A stretch of 44,066 bases of DNA from Bacillota bacterium. GTDB taxonomy: Bacteria; Bacillota; Dethiobacteria; DTU022. Below the pieces are notes generated by a model that was given only the letters and a program-made list of their open reading frames with translations, ran no database searches and was not told the origin of the DNA. How positions within the stretch are numbered: position 1 is the first letter of the stretch; the number at the start of each line of letters is the position of its first letter. Below are positions 17,202-27,281 of the stretch, one piece after another. Position numbers and translations under genes: made by a program. The stretch covers positions 1 to 44,066 of the forward strand of contig JBNJHL010000004.1 of assembly GCA_051748445.1 (NCBI GenBank). Direction: 5' to 3'.

Positions 17202-18815
17202 TTATTCTTCAATATAAACATCCTGCAGCATGAACATGCTGGCTGGAGTTACCCAGAAGTTCTGCACATCATCATTAACGCCGACCAGGTTTTCATTGTA
17301 AACCAGGTAAAGCATGGGGGCGTCTTCAATGAGCAGTTCCTGCAGCTCACTGTAAATTTCCAACCTTTCCTCAGGATCAGGTTCCTGCCTTCCGGCGTCC
17401 AGCAGAGCGTCAGCTTCTTCGCTCCTGTAAAAGGCGCGGTTACCCGGCTCCCCTACATTGTCTGAATGGAATAATGCGTAAACCGCGTAATCTGCATCCA
17501 GGGTCGGCGTGGACCAGCCTAAAATGAACATATCGTGTTCACCGGCGGCGGTGCCTTCAAGGTATGCGCCCCACTCAATAACTTCAATTTCCGCGTCAAT
17601 GTTTAGCTCACTCAGTTCTGATTGCAGGTATTCTGCTATGATCATTCTCACCGGGTTATCATTGGTCCAGATGGTTGCCTCGAAACCGTCTTCATAACCT
17701 GCCTCGGCCATTAGCTCTTTGGCTTTTTCTAAGTCATAGGGCAACCCGGAGACATCGGGGTCATGACCAAATACGCCAGGTGCAATTGGTCCCTCGGCGG
17801 GGATGGCGGTTCCTTCATAGGCCCCTTCAATAATTTCCTGCTTGTCAATCGCCATCGAGATGGCCTGGCGAACCCTGATATCGTCATAGGGTTCTTTGTC
17901 CAGGTTATAGCCCAGGTAAGCCATAACAGTTACAGATGTTATATCCATACTGGCGTTATCCATAGCTTCAACGCGGCTTATATCGCTGGGTTCAACCGGA
18001 TCAGCGATGTGTGCAAAGCCGGTTTCCAGTTCGGAAAGCCGGGTTAAACTTTCCGGTACAACTTTCCAGGTTACGCTGTCGAGCTTGGCGTTTTCACCCC
18101 AGTAGTCATCGTTACGTTCCATAACCAGTTGATCGCCCGGATCCCAGCTCTCTAACTTAAAAAAGCCGGTACCGGCAGGATTTTGCGATAGATAAGTACC
18201 CGCTTCATTTCCGGCATCCATTTCTTCGTAATCGGCTTCAATTGCAGCCGGGCTGATAATAGCTCCTCCACTATGAGCCAGGTGAGAGGGCAGCGGAGCG
18301 AAAGGAAATTCCGTAACAAACTGCACGGTGTAATCATCTACTACGATTACTTCTTCAAGCATTGAAAACAGGAAGAAGCGAGGCGAAGCTACATCCGGAT
18401 CAAGCAGACGATCAAAGGATGCTTTAACTGCTTCAGCATTAAAGTCAGTGCCGTCATGGAACTGAACTCCTTCACGCAGTGTAAATTCCCAGGTCAGGTC
18501 GTCAATCGCTTCCCAGTCAGTGGCCAGCAGTGGCTGCAGTTCGCTGTTTTGATCAAATTCGACCAGTGACTCGTAAATGCTAATGCAGACATTTGCCGAC
18601 GGCACATCATTGGAACCGTGTGGATCGAGTGATACGGCGTCTGAGAGTGTGGCGATAATCAGATCCTGGCTTTCACTTACCTCTTCAGTGTCATCCGTTT
18701 CAGTGTCATCCGTTGGTTCATCTACAACTTCTTCTTCTGCGGGGCCGCAGGCAACGAGCAGTGCGGGCACCAGTAACAAAACAAGAACAAACCAGGCAAA
18801 TCTTTTAAAGCTCAT
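17202..18815 (-). CDS. ABC transporter substrate-binding lipoprotein, family 5 (GsiB/DppA-like, peptide/glutathione)
   Basis: Lipobox LVAC, acidic linker, and motifs SLDPH, IYESLV, LREGVQFHDGTDFNAEAVK, GTGFFKL and VRQAISMAIDK. Confidence 0.93.
   Translation of the reverse strand: MSFKRFAWFVLVLLLVPALLVACGPAEEEVVDEPTDDTETDDTEEVSESQDLIIATLSDAVSLDPHGSNDVPSANVCISIYESLVEFDQNSELQPLLATDWEAIDDLTWEFTLREGVQFHDGTDFNAEAVKASFDRLLDPDVASPRFFLFSMLEEVIVVDDYTVQFVTEFPFAPLPSHLAHSGGAIISPAAIEADYEEMDAGNEAGTYLSQNPAGTGFFKLESWDPGDQLVMERNDDYWGENAKLDSVTWKVVPESLTRLSELETGFAHIADPVEPSDISRVEAMDNASMDITSVTVMAYLGYNLDKEPYDDIRVRQAISMAIDKQEIIEGAYEGTAIPAEGPIAPGVFGHDPDVSGLPYDLEKAKELMAEAGYEDGFEATIWTNDNPVRMIIAEYLQSELSELNIDAEIEVIEWGAYLEGTAAGEHDMFILGWSTPTLDADYAVYALFHSDNVGEPGNRAFYRSEEADALLDAGRQEPDPEERLEIYSELQELLIEDAPMLYLVYNENLVGVNDDVQNFWVTPASMFMLQDVYIEE
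18684..18713. repeat. 15-bp tandem duplication in the acidic linker of the lipoprotein
   Basis: ttcagtgtcatccgt twice, encoding TDDTE-TDDTE. Confidence 0.85.
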
Positions 18816-19051
18816 CTTTAGTCTTCCCCCTTAGTCCTTAATAAGTTATAATTATGCTGATTAAATAGCCGTTTATTCAATCCATATGAACATTGCTTGA
18901 ATTAATTTGTTATGATTGAAAAATAAGGCTATTAAAATACAACATAATTGTTTATACTATACATATTATTGGTTAAAAAAGCAATATGCTTTATTTCTCC
19001 CTGATAATATTTTTTTATAAAGCTTGTTACTGCTTAATACAGGAAGGAACG

Positions 19052-19954
19052 ATGGTTAGAATGGCTGAAAAAGAAGTAGTTCTTGCACCGGAAAACCAGC
19101 AAATTGTTAACGAGCCTTTCAGCAGGAGCATGGTCTTGAAAAGGTTAAAAAGAAATAAAGCTGCCATGGTTGGTGGTTTTCTGATAGTATTTTTTATACT
19201 GGTTGCTTTAGTTGGGCCTTTATTAACCGTACATGACCCCACTAAAGTTGATTTTGGCACGAAGCTTCTTCCTCCATCATCCGATTTTTGGTTGGGGACT
19301 GATCATAACGGGAGAGATATATTTACCCGCCTTGTCCATGGGACATCAATTACCCTTTATGTTGGGTTCCTCTCTGTTCTTGTCGGCCTGGTAGTTGGAG
19401 TCCCCATGGGGGTATTATCCGGTTATTACGGAAAGATGCTCGATAGTGTATTAATGCGCTGTATAGACGTTTTGCTGGCATTTCCGGGCATCTTGCTGGC
19501 TATTGCTCTGGTCAGTGTACTTGGGGGTAGCATCAATAATGTAATTATTGCTGTTGGTATATTTTCCGTGCCTGGCTTTGCCAGAATTGTCAGGGGATCT
19601 ACCATGGCTGTTAAAAAACTTGAATATATAGATGCCGTTCGCGCCCTTGGAGCCAGTGATTTGCGAATTATTATCTTACATATACTGCCCAATATCATAT
19701 CACCGATCATTGTGCAGGCCACAATCAGGATTGCCATTGCCATTTTAATTGCCAGCGGTTTGTCATTTCTCGGCTTGGGGGCGCAGCCTCCTACTCCTGA
19801 ATGGGGTGCTATGCTCAGCCAGGGACGCAGGTACATGTTTGATCATCCTCATGTGGCTCTTTATCCCGGCCTGGCTATCGTTTTCGCTGTGCTGGCCTTT
19901 AATCTTTTTGGCGATGGGCTGCGTGATGCTTTTGACCCGCAGAGTAAAGATTAA
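19052..19954 (+). CDS. dppC: Peptide ABC transporter permease, DppC/OppC type
   Basis: WLGTDHNGRDIFTRL, EAA loop (EYIDAVRALGAS), LSFLGLGAQPPTPEWG and DGLRDAFDP. Start moved to ATG 19052 after AGGAAGG. Confidence 0.9.
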   Translation: MVRMAEKEVVLAPENQQIVNEPFSRSMVLKRLKRNKAAMVGGFLIVFFILVALVGPLLTVHDPTKVDFGTKLLPPSSDFWLGTDHNGRDIFTRLVHGTSITLYVGFLSVLVGLVVGVPMGVLSGYYGKMLDSVLMRCIDVLLAFPGILLAIALVSVLGGSINNVIIAVGIFSVPGFARIVRGSTMAVKKLEYIDAVRALGASDLRIIILHILPNIISPIIVQATIRIAIAILIASGLSFLGLGAQPPTPEWGAMLSQGRRYMFDHPHVALYPGLAIVFAVLAFNLFGDGLRDAFDPQSKD

Positions 19955-19971
19955 AAGAGAGGTGCTTTTCA

Positions 19972-20892
19972 TTGTTCCAGTTTGCAGTTAGAAGGCTGAT
20001 TCAAACAATTCCGGTTGTCCTTGGTGTAACTATTTTTGTCTTCTCTCTGATGCACCTGATTCCGGGAGACCCGGCCCAGATTATTGCCGGTGAAGCTGCT
20101 CCTGCAGAACAGGTGGAAAGAATTCGCGAAAGGCTGGGGTTAAATGACCCCATCCCGGTTCAGTACTTTACATACATGGGAAACCTGCTGCAGGGAGACC
20201 TGGGTCAGTCTGTGCGCAGCAGCCGTTCTGTTGTTGAAGAAATAAGACCCCGGGTCTGGATTACCATGCGGCTGGCCACATATAGCATGATCTTGAGTAT
20301 TATTCTGGGGCTTATTGCCGGTGTAGTATCGGCAGTGCGAAGGTACAGTCTTGCCGACAGCCTGCTCATGTTAGCGGCTCTTTTTGGGGTTTCCAGGCCG
20401 GCTTTCTGGCTCGGTTTAATGTTAATTAAGCTATTTGCCATTGATCTGACTCTGTTACCCCCGTCGGGCTGGGGTACCTGGCAGCAGGCCATACTGCCGG
20501 TTATAACCCTGGGCACTGCTGGTGCGGCAATCATTGCCAGGATGACACGCTCCAGCATGCTTGATGTTATTAACCAGGATTATATCCGCACTGCCAGGGC
20601 GAAAGGTTTAAAAGAACGGGTTGTTATCTATAAACACGGGTTAAAGAATGCCCTGATTCCTGTAGTAACTGTAATTGGGATTGAAATGGGAATGCTGCTT
20701 TCCGGTACTGTTTTAACAGAAACTGTATTTGCGATAAATGGCATGGGGCGCCTGGCTATTGATGCTATAAGGTCACGAGACTTTCCAGTTGTTCAGGGTG
20801 TTGTTCTGTTACTTGCCCTGATTTTTGTCTTTGTAAATTTTGTGGTTGACCTTTCCTATCGCTATTTAAATAAAAGAATAGATTTGAACTAA
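19972..20892 (+). CDS. dppB: Peptide ABC transporter permease, DppB/OppB type
   Basis: HLIPGDPA, LQGDLGQS, DYIRTARAKGL, ETVFAINGMG and RDFPVVQG. Confidence 0.9.
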   Translation: MFQFAVRRLIQTIPVVLGVTIFVFSLMHLIPGDPAQIIAGEAAPAEQVERIRERLGLNDPIPVQYFTYMGNLLQGDLGQSVRSSRSVVEEIRPRVWITMRLATYSMILSIILGLIAGVVSAVRRYSLADSLLMLAALFGVSRPAFWLGLMLIKLFAIDLTLLPPSGWGTWQQAILPVITLGTAGAAIIARMTRSSMLDVINQDYIRTARAKGLKERVVIYKHGLKNALIPVVTVIGIEMGMLLSGTVLTETVFAINGMGRLAIDAIRSRDFPVVQGVVLLLALIFVFVNFVVDLSYRYLNKRIDLN

Positions 20893-20937
20893 AAGGCATT
20901 ATCTTTGTCAAGGAAACTAAGGAGGTGTGGTAATCAT

Positions 20938-21948
20938 TTGAAACCTTCCAGCAATATATTGCAGATTAACAACCTGAAAACATCATTTTTCACAGATGAA
21001 GGAGAAGTTAAAGCAGTTGATGGTGTTACCCTGGGTATTCCAAAAGGTGAAACTATTGGGTTAGTAGGTGAGTCAGGTTGTGGAAAAAGTGTAATGGCCC
21101 TTTCTGTCCTCAGATTAGTTGATAAACCAGGGAAAATTATTGGCGGAGAGATTATTTTAAATGGCCGTAATATCCTGACTATGTCACAAGATGAAATGCT
21201 CTCTATCAGGGGTTGCGCTGTTTCAATGATCTTCCAGGAACCGATGACTTCTTTAAACCCGGTTTTAACAATTGGTGAACAAATCAGGGAAGCTTATAAG
21301 ATTCACCAGGGCATGGGAAAAAAAGAAGCAGGGTTGGAAGCAGTGAAAATGCTTAAGCTGGTGGGCATCCCATCTCCACAAAAGCGTATGAACCAGTACC
21401 CATATGAGCTATCAGGCGGAATGAGACAAAGGGTAATGATCGCTATGGCCCTGGCTTGTGCTCCGGATCTATTGATTGCCGATGAACCAACTACTGCTCT
21501 TGATGTTACCATTCAAGCCCAGATCCTGGAGTTGATTATGGAACTGCAGGCTAAGCTGGGCATGTCGGTATTAATTATCACCCACGACCTGGGAATTGTT
21601 GCTGAAACATGCAGTTATGTGGCAGTAATGTACTGTGGTAATATCGTAGAATATGCAGATGCTGATACTTTGTTTGAAAAACCTAAGCACCCATACACAG
21701 CTGGTTTGTTCAATTCCCTGCCTCGGCACGATGTAGACAAGGAAGAACTGGAAGCGATCCGGGGGTCTGTACCCAGCCCCGCCGAGATGCCCCCCGGATG
21801 CCGCTTCATGCCGCGCTGTCCCTATGCTGAAGAGATCTGTGCGAAGAAAAATCCGGAGTTAAAGGATCTGGGTAATGGCTGCCTGGTCCGGTGCTGGATC
21901 TATTCAGATGATTGGCAGGGTAAGAAAGAGGTAATCTACTATGGCTGA
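20938..21948 (+). CDS. dppD: Peptide ABC transporter ATPase, DppD/OppD type
   Basis: Walker [36 protein letters not shown] and the Cys-rich GCRFxPRCP tail. TTG start after AAGGAGG. Confidence 0.92.
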   Translation: MKPSSNILQINNLKTSFFTDEGEVKAVDGVTLGIPKGETIGLVGESGCGKSVMALSVLRLVDKPGKIIGGEIILNGRNILTMSQDEMLSIRGCAVSMIFQEPMTSLNPVLTIGEQIREAYKIHQGMGKKEAGLEAVKMLKLVGIPSPQKRMNQYPYELSGGMRQRVMIAMALACAPDLLIADEPTTALDVTIQAQILELIMELQAKLGMSVLIITHDLGIVAETCSYVAVMYCGNIVEYADADTLFEKPKHPYTAGLFNSLPRHDVDKEELEAIRGSVPSPAEMPPGCRFMPRCPYAEEICAKKNPELKDLGNGCLVRCWIYSDDWQGKKEVIYYG

Positions 21949-22927
21949 AAAAGAACTGCTGAGGGTTAACAACCTTAAAAAATATTTCCCTATTCTGGGT
22001 GGTTTTTTAGGCCGAACGGTGAACCACGTTAAAGCTGTTGATGATATTACTTTCTCTGTTTATGAAGGTGAAACAGTAAGCCTGGTCGGAGAGTCAGGTT
22101 GCGGTAAATCAACTGTGGGCCGGACTATACTGCGTTTGGAAGAACCGACAGCTGGAGAAATATTTTTTAATGATGTTGATTTAGCAAGCCTGGGGAAAGC
22201 TGAGCTGCGCAAGACTCGTAAAGACCTGCAGATAATTTTCCAGGACCCTTATGCATCAATCAATCCTCGCCAGACAGTATCAAGGGTATTAGAGGAAGCA
22301 TTGCAAATTCAAGAAATTGTTCCGAAGGAGCAGAGAAAATCACGTGCTTTAGAGCTTTTAGAAGCAGTAGGCCTGGCACCGCACCAGGCTGACCGTTTCC
22401 CTCACCAGTTTAGCGGGGGGCAGCGGCAGCGTATCGGAATAGCCCGGGCCCTGTCATTAGATCCAAAGCTGATTATCTGTGATGAAGCGGTTTCTGCTCT
22501 TGACGTTTCAATCAGGGCCCAGATATTAAACCTGCTGAAAAACCTGCAGCGGGAATACCAGTTGACATATTTATTCATTTCACACGACTTAGGGGTGGTC
22601 AGGCATATCTCGGACCGGATTATAGTTATGTACCTGGGGCGCATCATGGAAATTGCCGATAAAGGAGAACTTTTTAACGAGCCCAGGCATCCTTATACCA
22701 GGGCCCTGCTCTCTGCTATCCCTGTTCCAAAACCAGGCCGAAAAAAAGAGCGGGTAGTTTTAAGTGGAGATGTCCCTTCCGCTATTGATCCCCCGGAAGG
22801 CTGCCGTTTTCATACCCGCTGTCCCTATGCCAGGGACAACTGCAAAACTGAAGTTCCGGAGTTGCGTCCTGTTCATGATAATAATGCAGGGCATCTGGCT
22901 GGCTGCCACTATTTTGAGGAGATTTAG
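21941..22927 (+). CDS. dppF: Peptide ABC transporter ATPase, DppF/OppF type
   Basis: [41 protein letters not shown] and GCRFHTRCP. Confidence 0.92.
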   Translation: MAEKELLRVNNLKKYFPILGGFLGRTVNHVKAVDDITFSVYEGETVSLVGESGCGKSTVGRTILRLEEPTAGEIFFNDVDLASLGKAELRKTRKDLQIIFQDPYASINPRQTVSRVLEEALQIQEIVPKEQRKSRALELLEAVGLAPHQADRFPHQFSGGQRQRIGIARALSLDPKLIICDEAVSALDVSIRAQILNLLKNLQREYQLTYLFISHDLGVVRHISDRIIVMYLGRIMEIADKGELFNEPRHPYTRALLSAIPVPKPGRKKERVVLSGDVPSAIDPPEGCRFHTRCPYARDNCKTEVPELRPVHDNNAGHLAGCHYFEEI

Positions 22928-23063
22928 TTCTCTTTGCCGCTAAAAAACGACAAATATAACAAAGAAGGATAATGAACTAAAAGCATATATCACTTTTTCT
23001 TAGAAGTGGCAGTAATTACAACGAAAACGGCGCTGCCGAAATAATTTAAGAAGGGGTTTTGTC

Positions 23064-23663
23064 GTGGATGATAAAATATTTGAATGGCTTTATGGTGTAA
23101 TAGTTAGTCCGGCAGGCACTTTAAATGACATTGCCCGGGAAAAGCCTGTATGGTGGGGTTTGCTGATTTACCTGGGAATCTCTGTTTTAGGCAGCCTGGC
23201 AGCTCTTTTTGATCCGGAAGTAGTGGCTACCTATGAAGAAATAACCCATCAATTTGCTTTTTCAATTCCGATTATACCCCTGGCTATTGGCGGCATATTG
23301 TTCTCTATTTTACTGCTTCTGTTTTACGTGGGGGCATTGCATCTGTTCGGTCGGCTATTTGGTGGCAGCGGCGGTTACTGGAACCTGTTCTCAACATATA
23401 CTTTTGCCAGTTTTCCCGGTATTATCGGGGTGCCGGTAACGGCGCTGGGCGGAGTGCTCGGAGGCATTGGTTCGGCTTTAAACAGCATGGTTGCTCTGGG
23501 TATTTCAATCTGGGTCATAGTGCTGCAGGTTATTGCTTTACGGGAAAGCCATAATCTTTCAACCGGTATGACTATCCTCGCTTACTTTATTACATTTTTC
23601 CTCCTCGGTGTAGTACCGGTACTCCTTGTTATCGGTTTGGTAATAGCTTATATCTTTATTTAA
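23064..23663 (+). CDS. Yip1 family membrane protein
   Basis: N-terminal VIVSPAGTL, five TM helices, HLFGRLFGGSG and ALRESHNLS pattern. Confidence 0.78.
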   Translation: MDDKIFEWLYGVIVSPAGTLNDIAREKPVWWGLLIYLGISVLGSLAALFDPEVVATYEEITHQFAFSIPIIPLAIGGILFSILLLLFYVGALHLFGRLFGGSGGYWNLFSTYTFASFPGIIGVPVTALGGVLGGIGSALNSMVALGISIWVIVLQVIALRESHNLSTGMTILAYFITFFLLGVVPVLLVIGLVIAYIFI

Positions 23664-23779
23664 GGTTTTTTCATTAATTTCATCCTGGCAGCTTCTTATC
23701 CGGCATATAATTACAAGGAATTTTGCCGGGCGGTGGATCGTGTTTTATTGTTTTCCATAAATCAAGAGGCTGAATTATA

Positions 23780-24661
23780 TTAAACGGCTGCGGCTGCTTT
23801 TGCCGGAGGCTTTCGGTTGGTATGAATACTTCTGACGGTCACAGCAGTTAAGACAACAATTCCGCCGATTATGGCCCAGAACCCAGGGACTTCACCAATT
23901 ATTAGAAAAACCCAGATCGGGTTAAGCAGTGGTTCAATAGTTTGAATCAATACAGCATCCAGCGCCGCTAAATATTTGATAGCACTGCAATACATTATAA
24001 AGGAAAGACCTATTTGTAGCGTTCCCATGTATAATAGTGGCAGCCAATCTAAAGCATCCGGTGGTTCCTGGACTATAAAAAAAGAGCAAACCAGAGCGGT
24101 AATAATATTACCGATTAGAATTGTTTCAAGCGTCGATCCGTTTTTTTGCAACCTCAGGAATAAAATCATAAATGCAAAGGTAACAGCGCTGATAATTGCC
24201 ATTATATTGCCCCAAAAACCGCCGGGTGTAAATTCATCTAAAAAAAATAAAGCCATTCCACCCAGGACTATCGCAATTATGGCCCAATCATACCGGGATA
24301 CTTTTTCCTTGAGCAGCCATGCTCCAAGCAGGGCGGTAAAAACAGGTGCTGTATAATGCAGGAAAACAACATTTGCGGCTGTAGTCATCTTTGTTGCTGA
24401 AACAAAAAGAATAACAGTTGCAGAATATGTCAGTGCGCCCGCCAGCTGAGGGAAAGACCAGTTGAAACGCAGGTTTTTATTGTAAAGGGCTAACATCATT
24501 ATTGCCGCTATACCGCTGCGAACACCAACAATAGTAAGTGGACCTAAATCGATCAACTTTATAAAAAGACCGTTTGTGCTCCAGAGGGTAGCAGATATAA
24601 ATACAAATAAAATAGCTTTATTACGGCTAAACGGTTTATGATCAAAAAAAGCTGCTGCCAA
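23780..24661 (-). CDS. DMT/EamA family transporter
   Basis: Ten TM helices in two repeats; LWSTNGLFIK, YTAPVF, LLKEK and IEPLLNPIWVFL..GE.PG. Confidence 0.9.
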   Translation of the reverse strand: MAAAFFDHKPFSRNKAILFVFISATLWSTNGLFIKLIDLGPLTIVGVRSGIAAIMMLALYNKNLRFNWSFPQLAGALTYSATVILFVSATKMTTAANVVFLHYTAPVFTALLGAWLLKEKVSRYDWAIIAIVLGGMALFFLDEFTPGGFWGNIMAIISAVTFAFMILFLRLQKNGSTLETILIGNIITALVCSFFIVQEPPDALDWLPLLYMGTLQIGLSFIMYCSAIKYLAALDAVLIQTIEPLLNPIWVFLIIGEVPGFWAIIGGIVVLTAVTVRSIHTNRKPPAKAAAAV

Positions 24662-24882
24662 TTAGCTGCCTCCGTTTATTTAATATTTGATTTGTCTTTG
24701 AACAATATAACATTCTGCCACGGAAAAGCCCATACCAGGATATATTTATCCTGGTAAATATGTTATTTATAAATTTGATCCACTATTCAAGTTAAAAATT
24801 AGGGGGTTTCAAGATCCTTTCCAGGCTTCATGATAAAATCTAAACCTTACTGTGCCGGGTTTAATTATGCGGCTTAAATGAT

Positions 24883-25152
24883 TCACTCTTCGCAGCAGTC
24901 ATTATTTTCGGGCAGCATTAACTCATCCAGCGGCTTTAAGGCTTCTACTACCCAGTTAAAACTGCATTCCTTGCTTGCTTCCAGGGCCGCCGGGGCTGCT
25001 TCGGCCATTGTTTTACGGACAATTTCCCGGGCGGTTTTTTCATCGCCCCGGTGCTGAGCATTACGAGCTTCAACCAGGGCACGGTGGATTTTTTTCTTCA
25101 ACGCTTCTTTGTCACCTGAGCGAAAAGGATATTTATCTTTTCCTTTGGTCAT
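24883..25152 (-). CDS. Small hypothetical protein
   Basis: 89-aa helical-looking ORF filling an intergenic gap. Strong RBS GGAGGT at 25192-25197, but about 40 nt upstream of the ATG. No recognised motif. Confidence 0.5.
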   Translation of the reverse strand: MTKGKDKYPFRSGDKEALKKKIHRALVEARNAQHRGDEKTAREIVRKTMAEAAPAALEASKECSFNWVVEALKPLDELMLPENNDCCEE

Positions 25153-25359
25153 TTTTGATGCAGCCTTGTTGGGCGGGGATAACTGCTGTTCACCTCCCTG
25201 TTACCGGGATGTCTTCAAAATACTTTACCTGATCAATTCGTTATTTCAGACTATAATCCTGTTTCTATAAACAGTTTTTCAATTGATGTATTCCCAAAAC
25301 GGTTAAAATAAGCGATAATAGATAATAATTTGAATATCAGAAATGAGATGCTATAACTA

Positions 25360-26355
25360 TTGCAAACACAAAACAAGATTTACCTGGTTATGATTCTAAT
25401 GTTCATAACGATTGCCGGGGGGTCCGTTGGTTTTATAATTATAGAAGACATGAGTCCCCTGGAAAGTTTATATATGACCATAATAACTATTTCTACTGTC
25501 GGTTTTGGAGAGGTTCGTGAGTTAAGTGATGCAGGCAGGTTTTTTACGATTATTTTAATTTTCAGCGGACTTTTTATTGCAGCTTTTGCTGTTACAGCAG
25601 TCAGTTCTTTTATTATAGAAGGAGAATTAAGGTATCTACTGCGGAGGAGAACAATGGAAAAAAAGGTAAGAAAGCTAAAAAAGCATTATATTATTTGTGG
25701 AGCCGGAGATACGGGCAATTACATTGTTAACCAGTTTCGAAAGCGCAAAAAGTCTTACGTGGTTATCGACAAAGACCCGGCAAAAGTGGAAAGTGTTATA
25801 GAACAGGGCGGGGTTGCTTTAATCGGTGATGCTACCCTGGAAGAAGATCTGCTTAAAGCTGGCATCGAAGATGCAAAGGGGCTTCTCTGCTGCTTATCCA
25901 CTGACGCAGACAATGTTTTTACCGTTTTAACCGCCCGAGAAATGAAGCCCGATTTATTTATTGTCTCCCGGGCCATAGACGACAAAGCAGACCGGAAGCT
26001 TTTGAAAGCAGGGGCCGATAAGACGGTTTCTCCCAATGAAATCGGTGGGGTCAGGATGGCTTCATTAATTTTAAGACCAGCTGTGGTTTCATTTTTGGAT
26101 GTTATAGTTAGGGCCGGGGATCTTTTAATCGATCTTGAAGAAGTCCGGGTTAAAAAAGGATCGGAAATGGCTGGTCAGAACCTGGCTGAAGTGCGTATAC
26201 CGGAAAGGACCGGACTTGTTGTCCTGGCTGTAAAGAGGGCAGGGGATGATACGATAATAAATCCGGGTCCGAACTTTAAAATCAAAAGTGATGATAAGCT
26301 GATTGTCCTTGGTCAGGAAAACCAGGTTGAAAAATTGCAGGCTATGGCAAATTAA
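25360..26355 (+). CDS. Potassium channel with RCK (TrkA-N/TrkA-C) domains
   Basis: Two-TM pore with filter TISTVGFG; HYIICGAG, GDAT, AGAD..VSP; TrkA-C domain. Confidence 0.93.
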   Translation: MQTQNKIYLVMILMFITIAGGSVGFIIIEDMSPLESLYMTIITISTVGFGEVRELSDAGRFFTIILIFSGLFIAAFAVTAVSSFIIEGELRYLLRRRTMEKKVRKLKKHYIICGAGDTGNYIVNQFRKRKKSYVVIDKDPAKVESVIEQGGVALIGDATLEEDLLKAGIEDAKGLLCCLSTDADNVFTVLTAREMKPDLFIVSRAIDDKADRKLLKAGADKTVSPNEIGGVRMASLILRPAVVSFLDVIVRAGDLLIDLEEVRVKKGSEMAGQNLAEVRIPERTGLVVLAVKRAGDDTIINPGPNFKIKSDDKLIVLGQENQVEKLQAMAN

Positions 26356-26429
26356 TAGATTGGGATCAATGTGCACTACAGGGGTGAAGAACAGTTAATC
26401 ACGATAATGGTGATGATTTTGACCGCGAA

Positions 26430-27218
26430 TTGAAGGAAGAGTTAAATCGAAAATATCAGGGTCGGGAAGAGCTCAGTCGCGGAGAATTAGAAGAAAGGTT
26501 TAAATCGCGTCGACGCATGCTGGGTTTGACTGCCTTGCTGCTGGCCCTGGTATTTCTCTTTTCTGTAACCGGCCGCTGGCTTGTTCTTTTTACCGGGCCG
26601 GCTTTTACTTTCCTGCAGGAGTCCTGGGCTCTTGCTGATGACCCGGTGGTAGAGGATTTGCGGGGTGCCGTAGTGCAGGTCTTTGTGGAAAGCCGTGGTA
26701 ATACACCCCGGGGCAGCATGCGGGGGAGCGGTTTCAACCTGCATGCTGATGGCCTGGTAGTGACAAATCGGCACATGGTTGAAAACGCTGTTTCAGTGAG
26801 GGTTTCTTTTCCCGGCGTGGGAATGTTTACGGTGGGAAAATGGACGGTATACCACGACGCCGACCTGGCCGTGCTTGAATTTGAGGCTGAGAATCTGCCT
26901 GTGGTTGAGCTATCAGGAGCACCGGTTTATCTTGATCAGGAAGTGCTGGTCATCGGTAACCCGCTGCAGTTTGCCCGTATAGCAAACCGCGGGGAAGTGG
27001 TTGGCTACCGCGATAATCCGCAAAGTGATATCCCTTTGATTATTGTTGAAGCGATGATCTACCCTGGCAGCAGCGGCAGTCCCGTGTTCAACGAACTGGG
27101 CGAAGTGGTCGGCGTGATCTATGCCACTTTAAGAAACAGCGAGCCCGCCGAAGTGAAGGGCCTCGCTGTATCCGCCGCAGAACTGCGGCAGTTCCTGTCA
27201 GAATTTGAGTTTGATTAG
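26430..27218 (+). CDS. Membrane-anchored trypsin-like (S1C) serine protease without a PDZ domain
   Basis: TM segment; GSGF, VTNRH (His), DLAVL (Asp) and PGSSGSP (Ser). Confidence 0.88.
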   Translation: MKEELNRKYQGREELSRGELEERFKSRRRMLGLTALLLALVFLFSVTGRWLVLFTGPAFTFLQESWALADDPVVEDLRGAVVQVFVESRGNTPRGSMRGSGFNLHADGLVVTNRHMVENAVSVRVSFPGVGMFTVGKWTVYHDADLAVLEFEAENLPVVELSGAPVYLDQEVLVIGNPLQFARIANRGEVVGYRDNPQSDIPLIIVEAMIYPGSSGSPVFNELGEVVGVIYATLRNSEPAEVKGLAVSAAELRQFLSEFEFD

Positions 27219-27281
27219 AGCATTCAGCCACAGGCCGTTTGCGGCAGAAAAGCGAAAGTAACGAAAGTAAACTGCTTTGTT

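Noticed and set aside
23016-23042. Second sigma-28 promoter upstream of the Yip1 gene (TTAC-N15-GCCGAAAT)
   Set aside because: Both elements mismatch the consensus; too weak to call.
27254-27272. Short direct repeat cgaaagtaa twice between convergent genes
   Set aside because: Only two 9-bp copies and no supporting structure.
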